Source: Chiloscyllium plagiosum (Eukaryota). Taken from it: a DNA stretch of 64,000 nt. The DNA lies in NCBI RefSeq assembly GCF_004010195.1, contig NC_057720.1, forward strand, positions 24,472,414-24,536,413. The letters are read 5' to 3'. Of the stretch, positions 50,710 through 63,462 are shown piece after piece (within the stretch, counting starts at the first letter, position 1; the number at the start of each line of letters is the position of its first letter). Under the pieces are notes generated by a model. That model was not told the DNA's origin, did not search any database, and saw nothing but the letters and a program-made list of their open reading frames with translations. Position numbers and translations under genes: made by a program.

Positions 50710-51365
50710 TGTCACTGAATCCCCTCATCATCATCATCCTGGGAACAGCACTGACCACAAATTTAATTGGACCAACTATACAAATGCTGTGGCTACAAGA
50801 GCTTGCTGGAGACTGGGAATTCTGCCATATTTTGACTTTCCAGAGTTTGTCCACAATCCACCAGAGTATTCTCCCTTTGCCTGGAAGACTGCAACTCCTA
50901 AAAATACTCAAGAAAGTCATCATCATTCCCAGACATAGCGATCCACTTGACTGGCAATCAATCCACCACATTCAACATTCACTCCCTCCACCACTGAAAG
51001 AGCGACAGCAGTGTGTACCATCTACACGATGAACAGCAGCAATTAACTCATCAAGACTTCTTTAGCAGCACCTCTAAATTCCACAATCTCGACCATTTGG
51101 AATAACGACAGTGACAAGCACACTAGAACACCATGGCTGCAATTCCTCTTCAAGTCACACACCATACTGCTGTATAAAAATATCACAGTTCCTTCACTGT
51201 CACCAAGTCAAAATCCTGGAACTAATCCCTAACAGCATAGTAGATACATCACACAGCCAACAGCATTAGAAACTAACTCACCACAACCCCCATCAAGAGT
51301 AATTATGATTGAACAATAGATACAGATTTCACCAAGAATGGCCACATTCTATGTATCAGTAATAA
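50710..51365 (+). mobile_element. CR1-superfamily (Crack/Zenon-like) LINE 3' fragment
   Basis: Degraded QSLSTI..EYSPFAW RT C-terminus and tail shared with the SINE at 23715. Confidence 0.6.
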
Positions 51366-53344
51366 TAAACCTTGATGGATATTATCATGGAAACTTTAAA
51401 TTATGACCTTCTGCCTCCAATCACGCCATTTAGTCAAAATGGCTTTTTTGTCTCACCCCCAAATATTTTCAGAATAAATAAACACAAACATTACAAAAAA
51501 ACCTTTTTGTAGTAAACGCTCCCATGAATTTTCTCCTAGGCTGTTGACACCAGATTATTCATCTTGCAGTGATAAAGTAACGATTTAAGTTGGCATATCT
51601 TGAAACTGCTTGTGCAGACAATGTTGGTCATGTTCATCAGCAAAATAGAAAAGCCAATAGAAGGATGTGGACTGAAAGTCTGGACTGGTAACTTCCGATT
51701 AGCCAAGTTGTGCACACTTGGTCATTTGACAATGTCTACAAATCCAGAATTGGAGTCAGGCCACATTAATGCACAAAGTCACAGGCAAGACTGCAACAAA
51801 AGCTACTAAACAGTCTCACATGTCCCGAATGAGTGTCCACAAGATACTTCTAATAGATGAAACCAGACTGGTTAACTGTCTTTTACCCAGTTGCTCTTTA
51901 GCATTTAAAGGTACAATGTATAATGATGCCAAATGAAGCAAATAACATATTGCTATAAAGAGGATACACCAACATGAAGAGCACTGAAAAGCCTCCACTT
52001 CTTGTGATATAAGAGGTCAAGAAAGCACATTGCTTTGTGAATGTCAAGACATGACCTGTGCCGTATGAGGCTAACAAAATTCCCTGGAAGATTTAATGCA
52101 TTTTTGAGGATATGTATCAGAAAGTGCACAGAATGTACGAATGGAAGAAAAGGAAGACTTTTAAGCTGATGACACTGAAGAGTCTAATGAATGCCCTCCC
52201 ACGCTGTAAAAAATGAAGTTCACATTGCAGCACACACATAAAAAAAAACATTTGCATTGACAAGATAATTGAGTTACCTGAATACAGCACACTAAACAGA
52301 GAAAGACTACTGAGGTTTTCTATAGCTAACTCCTACATGTTTCAATGCCTTTTACTGTACAAGGTCAGCCCATTGTAACGAGTTGACAGATTTGAAAGTA
52401 AAGACATTTCCTATATATTTACTGCATCGCAATATTTTTATTTCTTAAAAAGTTGACCATGTTCCCAAGGTAAACTAAATTATGTAGGAGCTTCCTAGGT
52501 TATCTCAAAACTCTACTTAACGTAAACTTGTGGGCTGCAGCCCTGTGGTTCACCTTATTGCTAGTTTACTGTCAATCCCTGGAGACTCTAGGTCACAGCT
52601 GGTAGTAGGCGTTTTGGGCCTACACTGCCTAATTAAGAGACAAATGGAGTCAAGTGTCTGAATTAAGGTAGAGCCTCTCCCATCAAATGAATTTCCTTTC
52701 TCAGATTTCTCACCAAGCATCTCCATTTACACAGGTGTAATTAGTTTTGTGAAATGCCCTCTTGTGGTACAATGGTAATGTACCTACAGAAGGCCTGTGT
52801 TCAAGTCCCACCTGATACAGAGGAATGTAACAACATCCCTGAACAGGTCGATTAGAAAAATGGGTTGAATTAAAAAACTTATAACTTCGTGTATAAACCA
52901 TATCCACATTACACAAATACCCCAAGAAGGAAAAAGCAAAAAAACTGGTTAATGACACATGCTGATCTGACCTACCTTACATACTTTAAAATGGAGCTGC
53001 AGTGTATCCAGAGTACATTCAATTCGAAGTATTGTTGTTTTATTTTACCTGCCTTTCCCCGTGATAGAATTCTGTCCTTTTGTGATCCATATTCCATGAG
53101 CAATACATTGAATCCTGAAACCTCTACTAAGGTTGAAAAACCTCCCAAGTCCTTGACTCACTATTGTAATTCCTTTGTAAAGGTTTATTAATGGCTGAGT
53201 ATTATTTCAAAGATGGCATGATCAAAATTGCGCACAAAAGCTATTCAATTAAGGAATAACTCAGAATAAATTGCTGTTGCGCTATGACTTGGCTGTTGTT
53301 GAGATCGATTGACTTTGTTGGTAAAAGCTTCAAAACAACTAGAT

Positions 53345-53625
53345 TCTTTCAACAACAATAACTTGCAATAACATAGCACCTTTAATATAATAAGCTGTCT
53401 CAAGATAATTCACAGAGGTATTATAAAATAAAATACAACACGGAGCCACGTAGCAGAATACAAGGACAGCTGAGCGAAAACTTTTGATAAAAACATTGAT
53501 TCTGGAATATCAGAAAGAAGGAAATTTTTATGAAGATAATTCCAGGGTTAGGGGTCATGCCACCAAAGATGGAGTAAAGTAACTCAAATGTGGATTTTCG
53601 AAAGGCCAGAACGAGAGAAATTTTA
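53345..53625 (-). mobile_element. L2-like LINE 3' remnant
   Basis: caacaacaataacttgc..atagcacctttaa tail. Confidence 0.55.
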
Positions 53626-55122
53626 AACCTTATGTGTAGTTATTCAACTGCCCAAACCAACCAGCGTGAGTTCCTCAAAGCTTTTAGCCTCAGTCTCATC
53701 ATCATGTTGTCAATAAGCACTAGAGAGTAGCTCACAAAAGTGAAAATCTGGGAGCTCTATTAATTGGAGGAGCCTGAAGATGGTACCTGAACAATTCAAG
53801 GGAGTTTGGAAGTTTTTGAGTTTGCGAGAAAAGGTGGGGTAAAAGGGGAGAGAGGTAAGGAGGAGAAAGGGGGAGGGAGTGCAGAGGAGAAAGGGATTAT
53901 GGTGGATAAAGGGATGGGGAAGGGGAACGAGGAATCCACCTACTGCAGGCCAATGCAAGCTTCATTGAATGCTGAGGTTTTGTATTACTCATAGCACCTG
54001 CATCATGTTGTGGAGAGTGGAACTCAGGATTCTGAATATGTATGTATATGCTGAATGTTGCTGCATAAATAATGATTACACAAGTATTATTATGGCAGTA
54101 ATTTCAGTAGCAATGTCTAACACATTCAATTAAACACTAAACCAGAAAATTTTTATCCATGTTGGCCTGCCCCGCTAGAAGTTTTGCAATACCTTTATTG
54201 CATCCTGTGACTCAGCACGGAAACATATGAAATTATGACAGATGTCTATAAACACAACAGTTTAAACACTTGTCCACCCCAGTGACAGTAACTTTTCAAC
54301 TACATGTTTACTGCAAAATACTACAATGCTGAAAATCAATTTTTACAAGTGTGGTGATTCATTCACCCCAATTTCAATTATTGTTGGAGATTTAAAAAAT
54401 CATTTCTGTTTTTCTATTTTAAAACCTTGGTTTTTTTTAAATGAATTTCTCATGTCTTTTTTTCTCTTTCTCGATTTTGCTTTCTTCAGATTTGATAGTG
54501 AAATAATTATTGTCAACAACATTTAGCAGCCCAGCTTATTTGCAATCTGGGTAAGGAATTTCAGGGTTGCCTGCCCTATTCACATAGTTCCCAGGGCCCC
54601 TGTGGAAGGGTACTTCACCAAACTGGTTTACTAATTCTCAGCAGGTGCCAGCCATGCTTGAAGTGTCATGAAAGTTTGGTGCTGCTTATTCACCATTCAG
54701 AGCTTGCAACTTTAACATTTTCCCTGCTGAAATTATGCAAGCAGAAAAAAACCCACAATGGCTACATTGGTACTGGGAGTGGTGAATAAGGAACTAGGTA
54801 AATCAGTGGATTGAGTGACAACATAAGAAGGATTACTGGCAGAGCAGTTCAATTTCCATGCAAAATGGGGTCATGTGGGCAGGGCCAGCACCTAATGACG
54901 TGCGCAAGAGGAACAACACAAGTTTGGCTCCATGCCTCATTTGGCTACAATTGATAAACTGACAGTGATACTCCCAATGGTCGCTGGCAACTTGCCCACT
55001 GGGACTGCAGGATCATTGTACAGCAGTGACAGCATTTAAAGGAAGACTTCAACTTGCGAAGTACTTTGCCTGTTCAGTGCTTGAAAGTGGAGAATATAGT
55101 GAATGCAAGGCCCACAAATGTA

Positions 55123-55464
55123 GGGGTGGCATAGTGGCTCAGTGGTTAGCACTGTTGCCTCACAGCGCCAGGGTTCCAGCCTCGGGTGACTGACTGTGTG
55201 GAGTTTGCTCATTCTCCCCATATCTGGATGGGTTTCCCCCGGGTGATCCGGTTTCCTCCCACAGTCCAAAGCCGTGCAGATTAGGTGAATTGGCCACGCT
55301 AGATTGTCCATAGTGTTCAGGGATGTGTACGTTAGCTGCATTACTCAGGGGAAATGCAGAAATAGGGTAGGGGAATGAGTCTGGGTGGGATACTCTTTGG
55401 AGGGTTGTGTGGACTTGTTGGGCCTAATGGCCTGTATCCACACTGTAAGGGTTCTATGATTCTA
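55123..55464 (+). mobile_element. HE1-type SINE
   Basis: Head, core and tail. Confidence 0.88.
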
Positions 55465-56649
55465 GACCTCAAGCACTGCACAGGTTCCACAGCTGAACAA
55501 GAGGTGCCCAGTTTTCGACTGGTAGGAGAATGTGTCAAAGCAAACAATTTGGCAGCGGTAGGCTGACAAGGTTGAGTCAGCAAATACAAGAGTATAAAAT
55601 CTAGGAGCTGACTGAAATGTAAGAAAATAAGAATCAAACACCTGACCAGAATGCTTAAGATTCAAACTCGCATCTCTTTTATTCTATTTGACCTAAATAA
55701 CCTGTTAGCTTCCAAGCTTCCGCTTCTTTGCTTTTCAATTACAGCAGCACATTTCACACAACTTCCATCTGATATGCTGTACACACCGTCCTCACACTTA
55801 TTCTCCTCACTTCCTCAACTTGACTCCTCTCATCCACTTTCCACACAAGTCTAGCTTCACACTCACATCTTCAAAACCTTTCAGCTGGTCAACCTCCACT
55901 GACACATGACATTTTCCTTGGCAGGACAAACTGGGATAAAGTAAAATTACAGGCAGCCTTGGTCTGTACTTTTAATGTGTGGCTGGAAGGACTGCTCCTG
56001 TAGGTCCTGGGTTCATGTTCGGGTTTTAACAACTTAACATTTTAACAAAACTTACCTTTTCTGGTTCAGCAGTCTTCAGCCAAATCTTTTAGGCTGCTCA
56101 TCAGACCAGATAATGACCTGACTTTCACTGAATACATGAAAGTAACTTGGTGCTTAGTTATGGAGCCTTTGGTGACAACTTCAGTGGAAGGTTAGGCCAG
56201 TGCTTTGGAGGCTCTGAGTTCAAACATCCTGCAGCTTGCTAAGTTTGAAAGGAAGCATGCTCATGCTCTCCCAGTGTCCCAGTAATAGCAGGGATTTTGC
56301 TGGTTCTGAGGATGTCAGGCAGCTCCTATCATTAGTGGGACAATGTCAAATGACCTCAGTTTTCTCACTGGGCTCATTAAACTTGCTTACAATTAGAAAA
56401 CTCAGTGATAGGCTCCCCTGATGTTTGGATAAGTGATAGAAATAAAGTGGATATACTAACATCAAAGACATTAGCTTATGAAAATGTTGCAATGATGTTC
56501 CTTTAGTTCAGGTGCATTATTAGCATCTGAAATTAAACTGTACAACAGAAAAAACCAGCAGGGAGTAGCAATTAACCTGCCTGGCAGCATTCTGCTCTCT
56601 GTTTCCTCGTGACAACGAAGGAATAATAATGAAATAGCTGGTGTCCGTT

Positions 56650-57250
56650 GGTTCATGGGATGTGGATGTCACTAGTTAGGCAAGCATTTACTATCTATTC
56701 CCAATTGCCCAGAAGACAGTAAAGAGTCAACCGCCTTGCTGTGATTCTGGAGTCATAGACCAGGTTTGGAAGATTGGTTTCCCTCCCTAAAGGACATTAG
56801 TGAACCAGATGGTTTTTTATAACAATCAACTCTGGATACTGTAAGGCTAGTTTTCATAGAATTGCTACAGTGCAGAAAGAGAGCATTTGACCCAAACCCA
56901 CCCTGTAACCCTGCATGGGCTTTTTACCATGGCTAACCCACCGAACCTACACATCCCTGGATACTATAGGTTAATTTTTAGCATGGTCAATCTACCAAAG
57001 CTGCTCATCTTTGGACAGTGGGAGGAAACCAGAGCACAAAAAGAAACCCACACAGATGTGGGGAGAATGTGCAAGCTCATACAGACGATTGCCCAAGGCT
57101 GGAATCGAACCCTGGTGCTGTGAGGCAACAGTGCTATCCTTTCAATTCCATACTGTCTTGAAGGTGTGATTTGAACTCAAGGCCCCAGAACATTAGTTTG
57201 GTTGTGGATTACTACTGCAGTGACATTATCATTATGCCACAACCTCCCCT
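56650..57250 (-). mobile_element. tRNA-derived SINE with nested HE1 SINE (about 56856-57138, -)
   Basis: Tail at 56650-56710 matches the reverse complement of 23980-24040; head at about 57170-57249. Confidence 0.7.
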
Positions 57251-57699
57251 TAATATTGGTGGAACTGTTAGGGACAGGCTAACTGTAAGTTATAATAAGG
57301 TGGTGACCTCATGAAAATAAATCTGCCTGCAAGGTAAGGATGCTTCTTGATCACAGAAGTTGTTGCATAAAACAGGTCATTATGACAGATCTCCAGGCAG
57401 ACAATAAGAACATTTACCATTCTGTTTCTTTCACTTGTTTTTGTTGCTTATTTTCTCCCTTTATTTTTGCCCAATGAGAGGAAACAAATACAATTCATGG
57501 AATGGGAGATGTTACAACGATCTTCACTTCTGATTCCAGAGGTTCATCCCTACATGTAAAGCAAAAAAATCAGAGGTACAATTTGGGATTTGGTTGTGCA
57601 TTGGGAGTGGCAAACTGGAGCCAAGAGTTACACACAAACAAAGGAACCAGATCCCCTAGTTGCTCCCAGTGGATATGCATTTGTCAAGTTTTACTTATA

Positions 57700-58142
57700 T
57701 TAGTTGGTTTGGAGGCAGTTCAGATAAGGTCTGTGCAATTAATTCCAGTGATGGAAGGTTTGTTTTATGAGGAGAGATTGAGCAGCTGAGGCCTATACTT
57801 GCTAGAGTTTAGAAGAATGAGATGAGATTTAATTGAGGTATACAAAGATGCTGATGGAAATTGACAAAGTAAATGTAGAGTAGACATTTCCCTTGTGGGA
57901 GAGTCTGACTCAGATGGGTCTAGGATAAGGGGCAGCAGATTTAAAACAGTGATGAGGAAGAATTACTTCTCTCAAAGGGTTCTGAATCAATGGAATTCGC
58001 TATTCCAGAGTGTGGTGGATGTCAGGAGGTAGACTTTTAATGAGTAACAGGTTAAAAGGCTGAAATGGGCTCAGCCATGATCATATCAAATGGTGGAGCA
58101 GCCTCAATTGCTTGCTCCTACTCTTAGTTTTTATGTTATTAT
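57700..58142 (+). mobile_element. CR1 3' fragment
   Basis: LEAVQ..GLFYEERLS; CR1 3'UTR. Confidence 0.78.
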
Positions 58143-59884
58143 GCCCTTAGAAATCAGACCTTTCTCCACAGAAACTCAGTAAAAATGTTGAAATTACAAG
58201 GTCTTCCGCGTTAGTAGCATCAGAAGATAAAACTCTACAGCAGAAAGTCCAGCAGGGAGCAGCAATTAACCTGCCCAGCAACACTGACCTGATTGTTTCC
58301 AACTAACAGCGAAAGAATAATAATGAAATAATAACCTAATATGTATCCAGAAGCAAGACGGAAGTCAAAGTCACAGTCACATTTTTCTAACTTTTCTGAT
58401 AGGAACTGTGTTTTGAATTTTCTCTCTGTAGAATCTGTAATCGATAAGCTTGATGTCTTGAGGAGTCAAGATTTAAGATTCTTTCCTTTTTCAGAACATC
58501 ATTCACAAATTGCATTCTTGGAAAATTCCACTGGACAGCAGTGCTCCTATTGATTTGTGCGTAATTGATAATCTGGAATACAACGCATAGACATGAAGCA
58601 ATCAAAGGGAAATTCCAAAAGCAAGAAACAAACTCTTATCTCCCAAATATAAAATGTCTCCTTTCCCAAAAACCAACTTCCACATTTAGATTTAAATTTG
58701 TACCAAAATCTTCAGTTCAGATCTCATGTTAGTCCAGATATATTCAAACTATTCACTTTATCCTTTCAGGCTCCCCTTTGTGACAGCAAATAGTGGAATT
58801 TGTTTCCAGATTGAACAGCTATAAGCTTTTTTTTCTGTAATGTGATTACCTTTATTTACTCAAAGGTTTGCTTAGATATCATTACTCTAAGGACGCTGCT
58901 GGATTGATTACACCTCTGAGATCATGGTCCAGATCCACATTTCAGGTGTACATTAGCACAGAAACACTACAATACATTTACAGCCCAAGGGCAAAAGCAT
59001 TTCAAATTGAAATTACAGAAACTCCAACAGATATCAACATCCTCTGGTTTTTCACAACCTATATTCTTATAAGGTTTCCAGCTGAGTTCAGGGGCAGGAT
59101 GACAGTTTTCGGCCTCTCTGTGTACTATAGTGAAGGTTTAAACAGCAACCTTTCTCCTTTGTGTCTCTGCAACAGCTGCCCCAACCTTTAGTGCATCGCT
59201 CAGCAGATAGTCCTGGATCTCAGAATGTGCCAGCTTCCATCACTCGGTTGAGGAAAACACCTTTGCACTGGAAGACCAACAAATTTTGGACAGACCAGTG
59301 AAGGTCTTACAGTGAGTGGACAGTCCTCCAGAAGCAACTGATGTTTGCAAACCCAATATGGAATGTAAATATTGTGTCTATTACAGTCGTACTGAATGGA
59401 ATATGCTGTATGTGGGCAAATTTAATTTTATTTAATTATGTAAGATTCAAAGCAATATTTTTGTAATGTACTTTTACAAATTTATGAATAAAGTAAATTT
59501 CAGGGGAATAAGATGGTAATACATTTACAGGTTTACAAGCATGATAATCTCTAGAGTGGTGTAAATATGTAATGGTTTCCAAAACAGTTTGCAATGGGAT
59601 AATGCACTCCTGTCAAACCTGTCCCATATCTCTGGATTTATGAACATTTCCAAAGTCTGGTTTTAGCTGTAAATTTAAAGATTAGAGGGAGTGACACACA
59701 GGTTGAAACTAGAGGTTGCCAATCCTTCACACTTTTTCTAGATTCTTCAGGAATTAAAGTGTAATCTGTTGGATATTGGTGTGTGTAACCCATTAAAATA
59801 GCATAAGCATATCAAACAAACAATGTGATTTTTTTTAAAAAAATCTATTTTCTTTGAAGACATCAGTTTTTTCATTAAAATGAC

Positions 59885-60057
59885 AGATAGAGTCAGAGTC
59901 ACACAGCATGGAACTTGTCTGTGCTGACCAGACATCACAATCTGTTGTCCCATTTGCCTGTATTTGGCCCATATCCCTCTAAACCCTTTCTATTCATGTA
60001 CCCAGCCAGATGCCTTTTAAATGTTGCAATTGTACCCATCTCCACCATTTCCTCTGG
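59885..60057 (-). mobile_element. CR1/HER1 3' tail
   Basis: Similar to 19798-19972 and 31080-31230. Confidence 0.78.
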
Positions 60058-60562
60058 ATATAGAGATGGATACTGAAACTAAAGCTAAGAACTGGAAAAT
60101 GGTAATACCGTTGGTGACTTTTTACACATTATTGCTCACCTCCACTTTGGGTAATGTACCGAACCCAGGGCAGAGCTTGATAGCCGCTCTTCTCAATGAT
60201 TTTCAGGTAGCGTACCTAGTTTAAAACAAACATGAGTATCACATGCTCTTCATTATCCCTATATCTGGCCTATATTATTTAAATGTCTTGCTGGATATTC
60301 GTTAAGGTTACTGAACAAATGTGCCTGAATTGTGGTAGGAAGAATATTGTGGCAACATAGGTAAAAGTACCAATTGCTAATGGATATTACAGTCACACTG
60401 CAGTCACAGGGCAAGAGTTTTCAAATGGTGATGTTTCCTTCTGATCCCAGTAGCTCAAAATCTATTAAATATTCCAAGGAACCTCTGGCCAAACTGATTG
60501 GTCAGTAGCTCTCTAATTTCAGCAGCGCCAGTGGCTTGAGTGGTCAGGACTGGGATTACAAG

Positions 60563-60672
60563 CAGGCAAAAGCCCTTCCCAATGAATGGCTTTTGCCCGA
60601 AACGTCGAGTTTCCTGCTCCTCGGCTGCTGCATGACCTGCTGTGCTTTTACAGCACCACTCAGTTCTGAACT
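60563..60672 (+). mobile_element. Penelope pLTR fragment with short 5' inversion and ~13-bp TSD
   Basis: ggcaaaagcccttc inverted, then ggcttttgcccgaaacgtcga; ctgggattayaag at 60550-60562 and 60673-60685. Confidence 0.78.
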
Positions 60673-61084
60673 CTGGGATTATAAGGAGCCCTCAAATTCT
60701 CAGCTCACAACCAGATAAATGCAAGGGAACTTACAGTGGGATGGGGAGGTAAGGCCCTGGGAATAGGAGGAGGGAATTAGGGTTCTTGTTAGAGAAGCTG
60801 GGGGTTAAGTGATAGTGGGTGAGCTGATGTGAGGGTTATGACCTTGGGAGGACAACTTCCATTGGGCCCACCACAACCTAGGCATGAGAAGGGTGAACAG
60901 CTGGGCTTCATGTCTTGTCTCTGAATCCTCCCCACAAGCTTCAAAATAGACAGCAGCCAGAAAGTGACCATCAAGCAGCCAATAATTTGGAGCTTAAGGG
61001 TCTTACTTGGGCAGGTAACACTGGGGACAGGCTGGGTACAAGCAGAAGGATGTTAGAAGTCCTCCGAAGGAATTTCACAGACCA

Positions 61085-62022
61085 TCCCCTTATTAGTCAA
61101 GAGTCAGAGTTTAAAGCAGTGAGGTTATGCTGGGATTGAATGAAACACTGGTTCAGCATCAACTAGAGTACCGTCTGCAATTTTGGAATCCACATGATAA
61201 AACAGAATATGGTAGCACTGGAGAGCGTGAAAAAGAGATTTATCAGGATGTTGCCTGGGCTGAAGAGATTGGACAGACTGGGGTTGTTTTCCTTAGAGCA
61301 AAGGAGACTGAGAGGGAAGAAAATTGAGGTGCATAAGATTATGAGGGGCTTAATTAGGGTGGACAGGAATAAACCTTTGTCCTTGATGGAGGGATAAATG
61401 AACAGTGGCATAGATTTAAGGCAAGGGGCAGGAATTGTAAGGAGATGTGAGGAAAACTTGGGAATCTGGAACCCACTGCCTGTAAGGGTGGGGGATGCAG
61501 AAACTCACATAACATTCAAAAAATATTTAGATGTGCACTTGTGATACCAAAACATACAAGGCTATGGGCCAAGTGCTGGAAAATGGGATTAGAATAATTA
61601 GGTGGTTGTTTTTTGGCCAGTGTGGACAGTATGGGTCAAAGGGTATTTGTCTGAACTGTACATTGCTATGACATCCCCATAGCATTGTCCATATGCCCAT
61701 ACTGAATTGGAGGTGAGAACAATCACGGTCATCATAGATTCTTGCCAATCAAGCATATTGGACCAACAACAATTGCTAAGCAATCCCAAAGACATTTCTT
61801 CAGCCAAAGAGTGGTGGGCCTGTGGAATTCATTGCCACAGAGTGCAGCAAAGGCCGGACGTTAAATATCTTCAAAGCAGAGATTGATAAATTCTTAATCT
61901 TGCAAGGGATACAGGGAGAGTGTGGGTAAGTGGCATTGAAATGCCCATCAGCCATGATTGAATGGCGGAGTGGACTGGATGGGCCGAATGGCCTTACTTC
62001 CACTCCTATCTCTTATGATCTT
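61085..62022 (+). mobile_element. Two CR1 3' fragments (about 61085-61670 and 61792-62022)
   Basis: LEYRLQFWNP, LFSLEQRRLRG; second piece closely matches 45855-46090. Confidence 0.85.
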
Positions 62023-62544
62023 AAAGTTCACAAAATGTCTGCTATACTTTCTTTTAATATTACTGATGTTGTGAGCCCTAACTTCTTTCTGCAGGAGTAC
62101 TCTGATGACCATCAGAACTCTCAGAAATCAGGTCCCCAGAGCAATCGGACTTGATATGTTTGGGGAAGGACTTGGGGGGGGGGGGGGGGGGGGGTTGTCA
62201 TGGAAGAGATTAGGAGACAGCTGCTGCAGCCCTGCCGAATTTGATGGTGGAACCTCAAGTATTTTTCATTCCATTGTTCATCTTACAGCCAGACAATGGA
62301 GGTCAGCTGCTTGCTGGATAGAGGTAGTTGGTGGAGTTCCTATCTGGAAATTGGGAAAGATCATGGCTGGGTCAGTCAGGAAATAGGAAGGACTGAGGGA
62401 TCAGCATTTGGTGGAGGGATGGGTTAGGTTCGGCGATCCAAAGTCAGCTGTGAGAAGTGACTGCTGTCAGCAAGATGTTTGCTTCAGGGACTAGGGAAGG
62501 AAGGCCTGCTACTCAGAGCTTATAAGGACGGTTCAAAAACACTT

Positions 62545-62770
62545 CCCTCCATCTCTACTTTGCTGCTTTCCCTTGACCACTCCCCTTTTCCCTCTCACTC
62601 CTGCCCTTCCCTTTTATTCCAGACCTTGCCCTCTGACTGTTCCCTTTCCCCATCACTCCTCCCTTTCCCCATCACTCCTCCCCTTTTCCCCTTCATTCCT
62701 CCCCTTATCCCCTTCACTGTCCCCTTTCCCCCTCACTCCTCCCCCTTTACCTTCACTACATGCCACCCTC
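62545..62770 (+). repeat. Polypyrimidine low-complexity minisatellite
   Basis: Repeating ccctttcccc-(a/c/t)tcactcctc units of about 19-20 bp. Confidence 0.8.
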
Positions 62771-63304
62771 CTTGCTGCTCTCATACTGCTCCTACAGATT
62801 TGTCTGAACTGTACTGCTCAAAACCTCATCACCAAGTGGACTGGGTGAAGGTCTTCCATTCCTGCATACTCCCAATTCCAGTTTATCTTTAAAAGTACCA
62901 AGAAGCAAAAGCTTTCACAAGAATAATTTGAAAATGCTCACCTGAATCCCCGAGACAGTGAAATACGGAATTTCAAATTTAACAGTGATTGGTGGCTTCC
63001 CTTCCTGTTCCTCACTCTCCACACTTGGGAGGCCAAAGTGAGCCCGCATCAAGTACTCCTTACCACCCTAACATAATAAAAGACAACGGATGACCATGGT
63101 GGAGAAAAAAGAGGCTGACGATAAAATGCTGAATGAGGTGCTAGGATTACGGTGATACTAACCAAACATACTCCATCTGATATGATTGAAGTTAATGAGT
63201 TAATTCCAAGTCATGACTTGCAGACAGAATAGTTGCATTCAAATTACGGTGACCTTATTACTTTCTCTGTTTTAGTTTATTCGGGCTGAAGGGGCCATTA
63301 TTGG

Positions 63305-63462
63305 GATCAAAGATAGGCCATTTGGCCCCTCAAACCTGCTCCATCATTTATAAGGATCACAGCTGAGGTGTTTCTGTTACAAATTCCACATTCCCATTTA
63401 CCCCCAATAACCTTTGATTCCCTCATACAATTTATCCACCTCTGCTTTACAAATATTCAAAT
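63305..63462 (-). mobile_element. CR1 3' tail
   Basis: taggccatttggcccctcaaacctgctccatcatt. Confidence 0.65.

Larger units (their letters stand above)
56481..58330. repeat. Diverged ~150-bp direct repeat (56481-56636 / 58182-58330)
   Basis: Core ccagcagggagyagcaattaacctgcc 26/27 identical; both end gaataataatgaaata. Confidence 0.85.

Noticed and set aside
56051..56135. Minus-strand exon-like segment
   Set aside because: Stops in all three frames and no partner exons found.
59176..59492. Plus-strand exon-like segment followed by AATAAA
   Set aside because: No recognisable peptide; the 3' part looks more like a degraded L1/Tx1-type tail, which I could not confirm.
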